Of a stretch of 64,000 nt of DNA, positions 37,762-47,607 are shown in pieces (within the stretch, counting starts at the first letter, position 1; every line of letters starts with the position of its first letter). Origin of the DNA: an uncultured bacterium. GTDB taxonomy: Bacteria > Verrucomicrobiota > Kiritimatiellia > CAIVKH01. The DNA lies in assembly GCA_903906425.1 (NCBI GenBank), contig CAIVKH010000238.1, forward strand, positions 4,444 to 68,443, read 5' to 3'. The position numbers and the translations under genes were made by a program. Below the pieces are notes generated by a model that worked only from the letters and a program-made list of their open reading frames with translations, was not told the DNA's origin and ran no database searches.

Positions 37762-38940
37762 AACTCCGCGCCGCGCGTGATCTTCTATGTTGGCGCATTC
37801 TTCCCGACGCCCACCGGCGCGACCTATTCGGCCGTCCGCCTCGCCCGCGTCTTGCGCGCATGTGGCGTGGCCGTCTCCTTCATCGTTGAAGATCGCGGTC
37901 CCGACTGGCGGGACGGCGGAGAATATGACGGCTTCCCCGTCCGCTCATTTCCGCTGCATATGTCCGGCAAGGTGCGCAAACTTCGCGGCCTGCTGCGCTT
38001 CACACGACATGTTCGCGCCCGGAAAATCGACTTCGATATTTTCCACATTCACGGCGGCGGCTACGTCAACCTCTTCCTCTCTTGGTGGGTCGCCCTCTGC
38101 ACAGGACGGCCCGTCGTGCTGAAGATCACCTCCGACGGATGGGATACGCCGGAAGGCATGAAAGCCGAAAAATGGGGCGTCGTTTCGCTCTTCGCCTATC
38201 GTCGCCTTGCCGGTGTCGTCGCCATGACCAGCGGCCAGGCCGAAAAATGCCGCGCGTGGAAACTGCCCGCTCAAATCGCCGTCATTCCCAACGGCGTGGA
38301 CTGCGAACGCTACCGTCCGGCAACACCGGATCAGAAATTACGGCTGCGAAACGAGCTGGAAATTCCGCGCGACGCCTTCGTCCTCTGCTACCTCGGCTGG
38401 CTCGGCCACGGCAAGGGCACCGACATCCTGATCGAAACCTGGCGGCGGATGCGGCAGCGCCGCGACAACATCTTCCTGATGCTCGTCGGCGATTACCTCG
38501 CCGCGCATGGCCAGAATGCGAAGGGTGCCGTTGCCGTTCCACAATCGCCGTGGCTTCGTACCGTCGGTCGCGTGGATGATGCCGAACGCTATTTACAGGC
38601 GTCCGATGTCTTCGTCTTCCCCTCGCGCCGCGAAGGATTCGGCACCGTGCAGATCGAGGCGATGGCTTGCGGCCTGCCCTGCGTCGTCAACGATCTGCCC
38701 GGCGTCTCCTGCGATATCTACCCCGATGAATCCTGCGGCTTCCGCATCGCCGGGAATCGCGCCGAAGCCTTTGTCGAAAAGATCGGCCGTCTCTATGCCG
38801 AGCCCTCGTTGCGCGACTCGATGGGCCGTGCCGCTTGTGTCCGTGCGCAACAGTTCTTCTCGCAAGACAGCGTCGCCGGCCGCTATCTCGACTTGTACGG
38901 AAAAGTTCTCGCCACCGAGGATCGGGAAATCGAAAGGTGA
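37732..38940 (+). CDS. Glycosyltransferase GT4 family
   Basis: ...YLGWLGHGKG..., VFPSRREGFGTVQIEAMACGLPCVVNDLPG. ATG 37732 lies between the two P15 copies. The in-frame GTG 37777 (VIFYVGAFFPTPTGA) is an equally plausible start. Confidence 0.8.
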   Translation: MPSPDFQSLENSAPRVIFYVGAFFPTPTGATYSAVRLARVLRACGVAVSFIVEDRGPDWRDGGEYDGFPVRSFPLHMSGKVRKLRGLLRFTRHVRARKIDFDIFHIHGGGYVNLFLSWWVALCTGRPVVLKITSDGWDTPEGMKAEKWGVVSLFAYRRLAGVVAMTSGQAEKCRAWKLPAQIAVIPNGVDCERYRPATPDQKLRLRNELEIPRDAFVLCYLGWLGHGKGTDILIETWRRMRQRRDNIFLMLVGDYLAAHGQNAKGAVAVPQSPWLRTVGRVDDAERYLQASDVFVFPSRREGFGTVQIEAMACGLPCVVNDLPGVSCDIYPDESCGFRIAGNRAEAFVEKIGRLYAEPSLRDSMGRAACVRAQQFFSQDSVAGRYLDLYGKVLATEDREIER

Positions 38941-39699
38941 ATGAACATGGCAGCCAATATTGAGTCCGTTTCTAAAGACCGCTGGAAGGAAGCCCAGAAA
39001 TGGGAATGCAGTTACTGGGCCAGCGTCCAGACCGCGCGTGCGCGATTTGGCAAAAACTGGATGTGGCGGCTTCTGCACCTCGTCGGCGCCGTTCCCAAAT
39101 ATCGCGGCGAGGACTGGAACCAATGGTGGAGGCAGCGCTTCGACAATTACAGCTTCGTTCCCGAACGCATCCACAACGCGATCGAAGTCGGATGCGGCCC
39201 CTATACCAATGTCCGCCTCATGCTCGACCGCACCCGATTCGACCACCTTGTCCTCTCCGACCCACTCATCCGCACCTACGCCGGCTTCAAGCTCACCTTC
39301 GTTTCCGACATGTATCGAAGCATGAACTGCACCATCGACGATCATCCGCTTGAGGAACTCCCCTTTGCCTCCGACTATTTCGAGCTCGCCGTGAAGATCA
39401 ACGTGCTCGATCACGTCCGCGACGCCCGCGCTTGCATGGACACACTCGCACGTATCGTCAAACCCGGAGGCATCCTGATCATCGGTCAGGATCTCACCGA
39501 TGATGCCGATCTCGATTATCTCAAGGACGATGCCGGAGCCACAGGCCATCCAATCAAACTCCGTCACGAATGGTTCACCGAATGGCTTGGTCCACAGCGC
39601 TTCGATCCCATCATCTTCAAAGTCCTGCCCCGTGCTGAAGGCCGCGCGCCTGATGCGCACTATGCCACATTGATCTTCGCCGGCCGTAAACGCGGTTGA
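38941..39699 (+). CDS. Class I SAM-dependent methyltransferase
   Basis: IEVGCGPYTN..., INVLDHVRDARACMDTLARIVKPGGILIIGQD. Confidence 0.6.
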   Translation: MNMAANIESVSKDRWKEAQKWECSYWASVQTARARFGKNWMWRLLHLVGAVPKYRGEDWNQWWRQRFDNYSFVPERIHNAIEVGCGPYTNVRLMLDRTRFDHLVLSDPLIRTYAGFKLTFVSDMYRSMNCTIDDHPLEELPFASDYFELAVKINVLDHVRDARACMDTLARIVKPGGILIIGQDLTDDADLDYLKDDAGATGHPIKLRHEWFTEWLGPQRFDPIIFKVLPRAEGRAPDAHYATLIFAGRKRG

Positions 39700-39732
39700 C
39701 CCCCGCGAGTTCTTTCGACAACAGATGCACTA

Positions 39733-40914
39733 ATGCCCACGCCGGTTGCCATCATCGGTCCGCTCAATCCTGCGGCGCTTGGCCCGTGGTTCTCTCCGGC
39801 GGACGTAAGAGACAAGCCGCTGCCCTACCAGCAGGGCGGTGCGTTTCTCACAACCCTGCTCGCAGCCCGACTTCGGCGCGGAATGCCGACCATTGCCATC
39901 ACGTCGAACGCGGCCGCAACCGAACCGGTCATGCGTTGGTGCGGACCGCTGCTGCGCCTCTGGGTCGTACGCCGAAGAATCCGCGGATCCTTGCGCGATG
40001 GCTATCGCGAAGAAGTTCGCCTCCTTCGCGAGGCTCTTCGCGAAGCCGGCGCACCCGTGACTCACGCACACTGGACCTACGAATATTCGCTCGCCGCCCT
40101 CACGCCGGGATTCCCGCCGGCTGTCGTCACGGTCCATGACCACGCAGGAAACATGTTGAAGCATCTCGGCCCGCTTTATCTTCCGCTTTATCTCATGTCG
40201 CGGTGGACATTTCGCCATGCCGTCAAGCTCACCGCTCCCTCGCCATACATCGCCGGCTACGTCCGCGAAAAAACCGGTCGCGATGTCACGGTAATACCCA
40301 ATCTGCTTGAGGAAGATGCCCCTGTCGTTACGGCAAACCGCATCGCACGAACCAGCCACACGCCCATCGTGGTCGTTCTCGCCAACGATGCCGCTTTCAA
40401 GAACGTGCGAGGCGCTCTTTTGGCCTTTGCCCGCTGGCGTTCGCGCGGCGTCGCCGCGGAACTGCGCGTCATCGGGCCCGGTCTCCAGCCGGACAGCAGA
40501 ATCGCAGCATGGGCACGATCTCGAAATCTGGCCGATGGCGTCCGGTTCGAAGGCCCGGTCGCGCACGACGAAGCACTCGCCTCAATCGCGCAGTGCGACA
40601 TTCTCCTTCACCCGTCACTCGATGAATCGTTCGGGGGGCCGGTTATGGAGGCGATGGAAATCGGCATTCCCGTCATCGCCGCACGCGAAGCGGGTGGATG
40701 CCGGTTTCTGCTCGATGAGGGCAAATGCGGGCTGCTTTCTTCCGGTCGGTCGCCGGTTGAAATGACCGGGGCCCTCGATCGAACATGGACGAACAAAGAA
40801 GAGACCTCGGCGCGGGTGGAGGCGGCAAAGAAACGTGTACTTGTCATCTGCGATCCCGATGCCGCCTTGAGTGCCTATGAAACGTGCTATGAGGAGGCCC
40901 TGAAACGTGCATGA
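39733..40914 (+). CDS. Glycosyltransferase GT4 family
   Basis: ...THAHWTYEYSLAAL..., LLHPSLDESFGGPVMEAMEIGIPVIAAREAGG. Confidence 0.75.
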   Translation: MPTPVAIIGPLNPAALGPWFSPADVRDKPLPYQQGGAFLTTLLAARLRRGMPTIAITSNAAATEPVMRWCGPLLRLWVVRRRIRGSLRDGYREEVRLLREALREAGAPVTHAHWTYEYSLAALTPGFPPAVVTVHDHAGNMLKHLGPLYLPLYLMSRWTFRHAVKLTAPSPYIAGYVREKTGRDVTVIPNLLEEDAPVVTANRIARTSHTPIVVVLANDAAFKNVRGALLAFARWRSRGVAAELRVIGPGLQPDSRIAAWARSRNLADGVRFEGPVAHDEALASIAQCDILLHPSLDESFGGPVMEAMEIGIPVIAAREAGGCRFLLDEGKCGLLSSGRSPVEMTGALDRTWTNKEETSARVEAAKKRVLVICDPDAALSAYETCYEEALKRA

Positions 40915-41046
40915 TTCAAACGGGTTGATTGTCCCGGTTCCCGGGCGTCTCGTATTCTCGGCGCATTCATCCAGACCGGCAGAAATGACCGGCGTCATGC
41001 GAAAAATTGTTGTCAGAAGCTTCAAGACCGAGAAGTCGATTTCCTC

Positions 41047-42078
41047 ATGACCGTTCTGTTTTACGTCAGTTATCCGCTTGGCTGGGCGCGCGGCGGCCAC
41101 GCCATCCAGATTTTCGAAACGCAGCGCGCTTTGCAAAAATACGGCATCGATGTTCACTGGCTGCATCACGAAGATGAAGAGCCGGTTGATGCGCAGATAA
41201 TCCATTATTGGGGCCGTCCGCCCAACGATTTTCACTGGCAGCTCGCCCGCCAGCGCGGCCTCGGCCTGGTGATTTCGGAATTACATCAGACAAATGTCCT
41301 CCGTCCGCGCTGGACCTGGCCTCTTCGGGGAGCTTTCGCAACTCCGCTCAGGCTGATCATGGGGCGGGGTCTGTATGCCTCGCTCGGCGCGGAAATCTAT
41401 CCCAATTGCGATTCCGCTGTTGCCATCTCACAGATTGAAGCCGACTACATGCGGACCGTTTTCAAATCGCCGGAGAACCGCACGCACGTCATTCCCAACG
41501 GCGTTGATCCCGTCTTCATGGACTCGACGGTTCCGCCAGACGTTTTTGATGGCCTTGTCTGCGTTGCCTTCGTTTGTGAACGGAAGAACAACCTCGAACT
41601 CGCGCACGCCGCGAAAGTCGCGAAGGTTCCTGTGCGTTTTGTCGGCCCACCCCTCCTTCCCGGAAGCAACTATGCCCGCACTTTCGCCGGGGAAGTTGAC
41701 GGTCGCTTTGTGACATGGACCGGCGAATCCGCAACGCCGCGTCAGATCGCCTCGATATTGCGCGGCGCGCGAGGCCTTGTGCTGGCCAGCGAGAACGAAG
41801 GCCTTCCGCTCGTCGTGCTTGAAGCCATCGCCGCCGGAACGCCGGTTTTGCTTTCGGACCTGAAAAACATGCGCTCCATATTCGGCGCCAGCGTCACCTA
41901 TTGTCCGCCGGCCGATGTAAGCAATTTCAGCGGGCACCTGAAACAGTTCTGGCAGAAGGTTCGCACGCACAAGGTGGCCCCGTTGTTTGAAGTTCTCGAC
42001 TGGCAGGAGGTCGGACGCCGCTACGCCGGTCTTTACCGGCAAATCCTATCGGAAAAGGCAACCACGTCTGTCCGCTAA
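41047..42078 (+). CDS. Glycosyltransferase GT4 family
   Basis: ...VIPNGVDPVF..., VLASENEGLPLVVLEAIAAGTPVLLSDL. Confidence 0.75.
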   Translation: MTVLFYVSYPLGWARGGHAIQIFETQRALQKYGIDVHWLHHEDEEPVDAQIIHYWGRPPNDFHWQLARQRGLGLVISELHQTNVLRPRWTWPLRGAFATPLRLIMGRGLYASLGAEIYPNCDSAVAISQIEADYMRTVFKSPENRTHVIPNGVDPVFMDSTVPPDVFDGLVCVAFVCERKNNLELAHAAKVAKVPVRFVGPPLLPGSNYARTFAGEVDGRFVTWTGESATPRQIASILRGARGLVLASENEGLPLVVLEAIAAGTPVLLSDLKNMRSIFGASVTYCPPADVSNFSGHLKQFWQKVRTHKVAPLFEVLDWQEVGRRYAGLYRQILSEKATTSVR

Positions 42079-42150
42079 TGCAGCGATGCGCGACATTCGT
42101 ATTGATCAACCGGCCGGCTCCCGGCGGACGGCCATGACGGAGATTTCATC

Positions 42151-43305
42151 ATGAGCACACAACCCCGCAAAAGAGTTTTCGTCAGCGGGTGCTTCGATCT
42201 GCTGCACAGCGGCCACATCGAATTCTTCCAGCGCGCCGCCGAACACGGCGAACTGCATGTTGCCGTCGGCTCTGACAAAACGGTTTTCGAATTGAAAGGC
42301 CGCCCCCCGGTGAACAATGAAACGGAGCGGCAGTTCATGATCGGGAGCGTCGCCTGCGTTCATCGCGCATTCATTTCTCGCGGCTCGGGACTGATGGATT
42401 TCGAGCAGGAGCTTCGCGAGATGAAGCCCGATATTTTCATCGTCAACGAGGATGGCAACACGCCCGCGAAACGAAAACTCTGCGAAGAGCTCGGCATCGA
42501 CTATGTCGTCTTGAAACGACTTCCGCACGAAGGTCTCGGCGCTCGCTCGACTACCGCATTGCGCGCCGCGCCAACCATGCCGTATCGCATTGATCTTGCC
42601 GGCGGCTGGCTCGACCAGCCGTGCGTTTCGAAACATCATCCCGGCTCCGTCATCACCATTTCGCTCGAACCGCTCATTGAATTTAACGAGCGCAGCGGCA
42701 TGGCCACCAGCACGCGCCGAACTGCGATGAACCTCTGGGGTCCACGGCTGCCTGCGGGTCCGTTTGAAAAACTCGCGTGGACGCTGTTCTGCTGTGACAA
42801 CCCACCGGGCAAGCCGCACATCTCCGGATCGCAGGACTCCATCGGCATCGTATTCCCCGGCCTCGCGAAAGCGGATTATGCGGGCGGTTATTGGCCCGCA
42901 AAAATCGAGCACGTGCTCGACGAAGAACTCCTCCGCTTCGTCGAACAGCATCTTTTCCTGCTTCCGCTTGGCCCGCGAAGCGAAGCTTTCGATGTGCTGG
43001 CGAACACGCGGATCGATGAGGCCGGCGGCCGCTCGCTTTCCCGCGCCGCGGAAGCCTGCTGGCACGCAATTTTGAACCGCGATGTCCGCGCTTTTGGCGC
43101 TGCGATGACGGCATCCTTCGAAGCGCAGATCGCGATGTTCCCCAACATGGTTACGTCCTCACTACGCGAACTCATCGAACAAAACCGCGCGCGTGCGACA
43201 GGCTGGAAAGTTTCCGGTGCCGGCGGAGGCGGCTACTTGATTCTCGCCGCCGAAACCCCCGTTCCTGACTCGATCCGCATTCTCATCCGCCGCCCGCCCG
43301 AATGA
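42151..43305 (+). CDS. Bifunctional cytidylyl/adenylyltransferase-like domain fused to a GHMP-family sugar kinase
   Basis: N-terminus RVFVSGCFDLLHSGHIEFFQRAAEHG (HxGH nucleotidyltransferase fold). C-terminus ...ERSGMATSTRR... and GWKVSGAGGGGYLIL (GHMP motifs). Confidence 0.65.
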   Translation: MSTQPRKRVFVSGCFDLLHSGHIEFFQRAAEHGELHVAVGSDKTVFELKGRPPVNNETERQFMIGSVACVHRAFISRGSGLMDFEQELREMKPDIFIVNEDGNTPAKRKLCEELGIDYVVLKRLPHEGLGARSTTALRAAPTMPYRIDLAGGWLDQPCVSKHHPGSVITISLEPLIEFNERSGMATSTRRTAMNLWGPRLPAGPFEKLAWTLFCCDNPPGKPHISGSQDSIGIVFPGLAKADYAGGYWPAKIEHVLDEELLRFVEQHLFLLPLGPRSEAFDVLANTRIDEAGGRSLSRAAEACWHAILNRDVRAFGAAMTASFEAQIAMFPNMVTSSLRELIEQNRARATGWKVSGAGGGGYLILAAETPVPDSIRILIRRPPE

Positions 43306-44168
43306 ACCCGCAGTTCTCCATCGTAACGCCCTGCTTCAACGGCCGCGCTCTTCTGCCGCGGTGCGTCGGCTCGATCCGCGGGCAGAAGGATGTAACGTTC
43401 GAGCATCTCATCCATGACGGCGGCTCGAGCGATGGCACGGTGGAGTGGCTCAGAACTCAGGAAAACCTTGCCTGGCGGAGCAAAAAAGACGCTGGTATGT
43501 ATGATGCGATTAACAACGGCTGGTCGCGCGCGCGCGGTGAATTCCTGTCATGGCTCAACGCCGATGAGCAGTATCTGCCCGGTACGCTCGCCCGCGTCGC
43601 GCGCGCGTTCCGCGAAAACCCGCAAGCCGACGTCGTGTGGGGCGACACGATCATCGTCGATCCCGACGGCAACCCCATCGCCGCCCGCCGCGAAATCCCG
43701 CTGCGTGCGACATACGTGAAGAATGGATTCCTCTACGCGCTTTCGTGCAGCTATTTCTTTCACCGACGCCTGTGGGACGAAAAGATTCTTCCGTTTGATC
43801 TCTCCTTCCGCGTCGCCGGCGACGCGGACCTGATGATGCGGCTTCTCACCGTGCGTCGCCGGTTCGTCAAACTCGACGCATATCTCGGACTTTTTGGCGT
43901 GGATGGATCGAATCTCAGCGTAAAACAAAAGCAACGGATGGACGACGAGGGCGCAATCATCCGCCAGCGCTACCACGCGTTCGGCTCCGTCGCGCTTCGC
44001 AAACTTGTGCGCGCGGTCCGCTGCGTCGAGCGCCTGCTAGCCGGTTGTTACCGCAACGACAATCCTGCCTTCGACTTCGCGACCGATGAGAAACCATCCT
44101 ACCGCCGGGTGACTTGTTTGCGGGTCACGGCGCGGTTCTCTTACGATTCCGCGCTGGCGTCCCGATGA
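43302..44168 (+). CDS. Glycosyltransferase family 2
   Basis: FSIVTPCFNGRALLPRCVGSIRGQ...HLIHDGGSSDGT..., WLNADEQY (DxD-like). ATGA overlap with the upstream gene. Confidence 0.85.
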   Translation: MNPQFSIVTPCFNGRALLPRCVGSIRGQKDVTFEHLIHDGGSSDGTVEWLRTQENLAWRSKKDAGMYDAINNGWSRARGEFLSWLNADEQYLPGTLARVARAFRENPQADVVWGDTIIVDPDGNPIAARREIPLRATYVKNGFLYALSCSYFFHRRLWDEKILPFDLSFRVAGDADLMMRLLTVRRRFVKLDAYLGLFGVDGSNLSVKQKQRMDDEGAIIRQRYHAFGSVALRKLVRAVRCVERLLAGCYRNDNPAFDFATDEKPSYRRVTCLRVTARFSYDSALASR

Positions 44169-44172
44169 GAAA

Positions 44173-44220
44173 TTCCAATCGTTGGAAAGCTTCGATGCCG
44201 GACACTTCCAGTCAGTGGAA
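44173..44220. repeat. P15 pair, both copies degenerate, 33-bp phase
   Basis: ttccaatcGttggaa at 44173-44187 and ttccaGtcaGtggaa at 44206-44220. Confidence 0.75.
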
Positions 44221-44229
44221 AACAAAACC

Positions 44230-44949
44230 ATGAAACTCCTTCGCGAAAAACTGGCGCGCATGAAACAAATCGAACCCGCGGCGCTCGCGTCAATGAGCAC
44301 CTGCGATCTGCTCGGCGTTTGCGCGACTGTCGCGACGCGAATGATCCGCGGAGCATGGATGAAGTTACGACTACCGAACGTCAACGGTTGGATGCTTGCG
44401 GACAAGAACGCGCGGGTGCTTCACGGGCGACACCTGCGCACCGGCAGGCAATTCAGCATGGAGGAAGGCTCGATGATCATCGCACTTTCTAAACGCGGAA
44501 TTGTTTTCGGAGAGCGATGCACTGTCGGACGTTTCGCCTACATCGCGCCGACGAATCCGTTGCTCGGTGAACCCGGCGAGGGTTTGAAAGTTGGCGATCA
44601 TTCGAACATCGGCCCGTATTCATACATTGGCTGTTCCGGCTTCATCGAAATCGGCAGCAATGTGATGATGGGCCCACGCGTAAATTTGATGAGCGAAAAT
44701 CACGAGTTCGCACGCACCGACATCCCGATGAAATCGCAGGGCGTGAAACGCGAGTTCATCAAGATCGAAGACGATGTCTGGATCGGTGTGAACTCGACGA
44801 TTCTTGCGAGTGTCACCGTGGGTCGCGGTGCGATTATCGCTGCAGGCTCCGTCGTGACGAAAGATGTCCCGCCGATGACCATCGTTGCAGGTGTGCCATC
44901 GCGGGTGATTCGCGAGCGCAGTTCCTCGGAAAAACCTTCCGATGCTTGA
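44230..44949 (+). CDS. Hexapeptide-repeat (LbH) sugar O-acetyltransferase
   Basis: ...VGDHSNIGPYSYIGCSGFIEIGSNVMMGPRVNLMSENHEF..., IEDDVWIGVNSTILASVTVGRGAIIAAGSVVTKDVPPMTIVAGVPSRVI. Confidence 0.85.
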   Translation: MKLLREKLARMKQIEPAALASMSTCDLLGVCATVATRMIRGAWMKLRLPNVNGWMLADKNARVLHGRHLRTGRQFSMEEGSMIIALSKRGIVFGERCTVGRFAYIAPTNPLLGEPGEGLKVGDHSNIGPYSYIGCSGFIEIGSNVMMGPRVNLMSENHEFARTDIPMKSQGVKREFIKIEDDVWIGVNSTILASVTVGRGAIIAAGSVVTKDVPPMTIVAGVPSRVIRERSSSEKPSDA

Positions 44950-46234
44950 AGTTCTCACGCGAAGCGAACGACCCGATCCCGCGTGGATCGCGGCGCAGTT
45001 GCCGTCCGGCGATTATCGGAAGATCGTCCTCAAACCGAACTGGGTTCAGCACGAAGTCTCGCCGGACTTTCCGATCCGCGCGCTCGTCACATCGGCCGCG
45101 ATCATTGATGCGACGATTCGGGCCTGCCTCGAAAAATATCCGCATGCGGAACAGATCCTCGTCGGCGATGTCCCGCTGCAAGGCTGCGATTTCGATTTGA
45201 TGCTTATGCAGTCTGGCGCGGATCTGGTCGCGAAGAACTTTGCGGATTACAAATCGCCGAAAATTGTCTTTCGCGATTTGCGTCGCGAGCGGTTCGAACT
45301 GCGAAACGGATTCCTGACGGAAATCCGCACTGGCGGTTTCGGTGATCCGGCTGGCTATCGAGAAATCGTGCTCGATGAAAAAAGTCTTCTCGAACCGGTC
45401 AGCGCCAGCCGGGAGCGATTTCGCGTTTCCGACTACGATATCAAACGCATCCAGAGCAGCCACCGCCACGGCCATCACCGCTACCTGTTCTCCGGATCCG
45501 TGCTTGCCGCCGATCTTTTCGTGAATCTGCCGAAGATGAAGACGCACCAGAAATCCGGCATCACCGGCGCGCTCAAAAACGTCGTCGGCTGCAACGGCGA
45601 AAAGGCGTTTCTGGTCCACTATCTCAAAGGCCGCCCGCAAAACGGCGGCGACGAATTTCCACCCGACATCGCGTGGCCGATTGAACTCCAGGTTCGCGTC
45701 CGCGAAGCGTTGCAAAAGAAATCCCGCGCGGCGTTCGCGGCGCTACAGCCCGCCTGGCGCGCGATGAAAAAACTCTACGGCATCCGCACCGAGGGCACGC
45801 GCGAAAATCTCGGCGGAAAATTCTATCTCGCCGCCGGCGCGTGGCACGGCAACGACACAATCTGGCGGATGGTTTATGACCTCAATCGAATCATCCGCTT
45901 TGCTCCGGCCGACGGCGGTACGCTGCGCGATACGCCGCAGCGCGCCTACATCGCGATTCTCGACGGCATCATCGCCGGTGAAGGCAACGGCCCGCTGCAG
46001 CCGCTGCCCGTCCAATCCGGCATTCTTGCCGCCAGCGACAATCCCTTCACTCTCGATCTCGCAATGGCGCGACTGATGGGTTTCGACCGCGAGAAAATCC
46101 CGCTTCTTTCGCATCGTACCGAATTCGGCAACTGGTCCGCTATCGACGATGCGACCCTGGCGAAAATCGATTTTCTTGCGCCTGTGAAGACATTCGTCGC
46201 GGCACCGGGCTGGCGCGGCCATATCGAGTTGTGA
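44942..46234 (+). CDS. DUF362 domain protein (paralogue 2)
   Basis: IVLKPNWVQHE..., VNLPKMKTHQKSGITGALKNVVGCNGEKAFLVHY, WHGNDTIWRMVYDLNRI. Collinear with 25552..27006. Confidence 0.6.
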   Translation: MLEVLTRSERPDPAWIAAQLPSGDYRKIVLKPNWVQHEVSPDFPIRALVTSAAIIDATIRACLEKYPHAEQILVGDVPLQGCDFDLMLMQSGADLVAKNFADYKSPKIVFRDLRRERFELRNGFLTEIRTGGFGDPAGYREIVLDEKSLLEPVSASRERFRVSDYDIKRIQSSHRHGHHRYLFSGSVLAADLFVNLPKMKTHQKSGITGALKNVVGCNGEKAFLVHYLKGRPQNGGDEFPPDIAWPIELQVRVREALQKKSRAAFAALQPAWRAMKKLYGIRTEGTRENLGGKFYLAAGAWHGNDTIWRMVYDLNRIIRFAPADGGTLRDTPQRAYIAILDGIIAGEGNGPLQPLPVQSGILAASDNPFTLDLAMARLMGFDREKIPLLSHRTEFGNWSAIDDATLAKIDFLAPVKTFVAAPGWRGHIEL

Positions 46235-47607
46235 ACACACACCTTCTTACCTACCTAAATCTGCAGCGCCTCATCGGCTCGCGCTGCGATCTGCACTATC
46301 GCGAGTTCCAATCATTGGAAAAGGCGGACGCGGAAACTTCCAATGATTGGAACTCGGCGAAACTCGAATCGCTCTTGCGGGACGCGGCGGAAAAAATTCC
46401 GTTTTATCGCGGGGTCGTCGCAAGAAAATCTCCGGCACTTTCCGACTTTCCGGTTCTGACGAAGGAAACAATTCGTGCGCGGTATTTCGATTTGATGTCG
46501 CCGCTGTTGCGGGCGGAATACGAGGCGAACGGCGGAAAATGTCCGCAACGCTACGGCTGGCTCGAAGTGAAGACAGGCGGTTCGACGGGTGTTCCGCTTG
46601 CTGTGATTCATGAGAAAGATTTTCGCGATCTCGACCGAGCATCGCGGATTTATCAGCAGGATTTGTGCGGCTTTCCGTTCGGCACGCCATATTTTCGTTT
46701 GTGGGGTTCGATGGCGGACATCAATGCGATGAAAGATTCGCGGCTTCATCGCACAATGACGGCATTGGCGCGCGAGGAATTGCTCAACGCGTTTCGGATG
46801 GAAGAGGCGCAGATGGATTTGTATCTCGACCGGATTGACCGCAGCGATGTCCGCCACATGATGGCCTACACAGACGCGGCATTCGCGCTCGCACGGCACG
46901 CGCGCAGGCGTGGGAGAGAAATTCGTCCGCTCAAAAGCATCATGGCGTGTGCGGGAACCGTGACGGACGATATCCGCGCGGAGCTTCGCGAAGTTTTCGG
47001 CGCGCGCATTCACAACAAATACGGGAGCCGCGACGCGGGCGAGATGGCTATCGAATGCGAGCGCGGCGGGCTTCACGAACTTTCGACTGCGATACATCTC
47101 GAAATCGTGGACGCAAACGACAGGCCATGTGCGCCGGGCGTTTCGGGCCGACTGCTGGTGACGTGCCTGTGCAATTTCAACTTCCCGATCATTCGCTACG
47201 AAATCGGCGATGTCGCCGCGTGGTCGGGCCGCGCGTGCGAATGCGGAAGACCGCAGCCGGTTTTGGAAAGGCTTGAAGGCCGTTGCGTCGAATTTGTCAC
47301 TCGCGAAAACGGCGATTACGTTTCGCCGATTTTCGTGATTCATATTGTTGGCGTGGTTCACAATCCCGGTTTCATTGAACGATTCCAGCTTGAGCAGACC
47401 GGCGCGTCGGAATTCGTGTTGCGCGTCGAAACAAAAACGCCGCTGACAGATTCTGCGCGCAATTCCTGGTGGCCCGCTCTGGAACGCGATTTGAAAACAG
47501 TTTTCGGCGCGGGCGCCCGGCTCGATTTGTATCTGACCGATAGAATTCCCGAAAGCGGCAGCGGAAAGTTTCTTTATGTTATCAATCGTCTTGGTGCGTT
47601 CAGATGA
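46231..47607 (+). CDS. Phenylacetate-CoA-ligase/CapK-family adenylate-forming enzyme
   Basis: ...LLRDAAEKIPFYRG..., KTGGSTGVPLAVIH (AMP-binding P-loop-like). The GTG start overlaps the upstream TGA (GTGA). The N-terminal ...REFQSLEKADAETSNDWNS... is encoded by the P15 pair. An alternative in-frame TTG at 46375 cannot be excluded. Confidence 0.7.
   Translation: MNTHLLTYLNLQRLIGSRCDLHYREFQSLEKADAETSNDWNSAKLESLLRDAAEKIPFYRGVVARKSPALSDFPVLTKETIRARYFDLMSPLLRAEYEANGGKCPQRYGWLEVKTGGSTGVPLAVIHEKDFRDLDRASRIYQQDLCGFPFGTPYFRLWGSMADINAMKDSRLHRTMTALAREELLNAFRMEEAQMDLYLDRIDRSDVRHMMAYTDAAFALARHARRRGREIRPLKSIMACAGTVTDDIRAELREVFGARIHNKYGSRDAGEMAIECERGGLHELSTAIHLEIVDANDRPCAPGVSGRLLVTCLCNFNFPIIRYEIGDVAAWSGRACECGRPQPVLERLEGRCVEFVTRENGDYVSPIFVIHIVGVVHNPGFIERFQLEQTGASEFVLRVETKTPLTDSARNSWWPALERDLKTVFGAGARLDLYLTDRIPESGSGKFLYVINRLGAFR
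46306..46352. repeat. P15 pair within the 5' part of an ORF, 32-bp phase
   Basis: Perfect copies at 46306-46320 (C) and 46338-46352 (G). Spacer aaggcggacgcggaaac. Confidence 0.95.
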
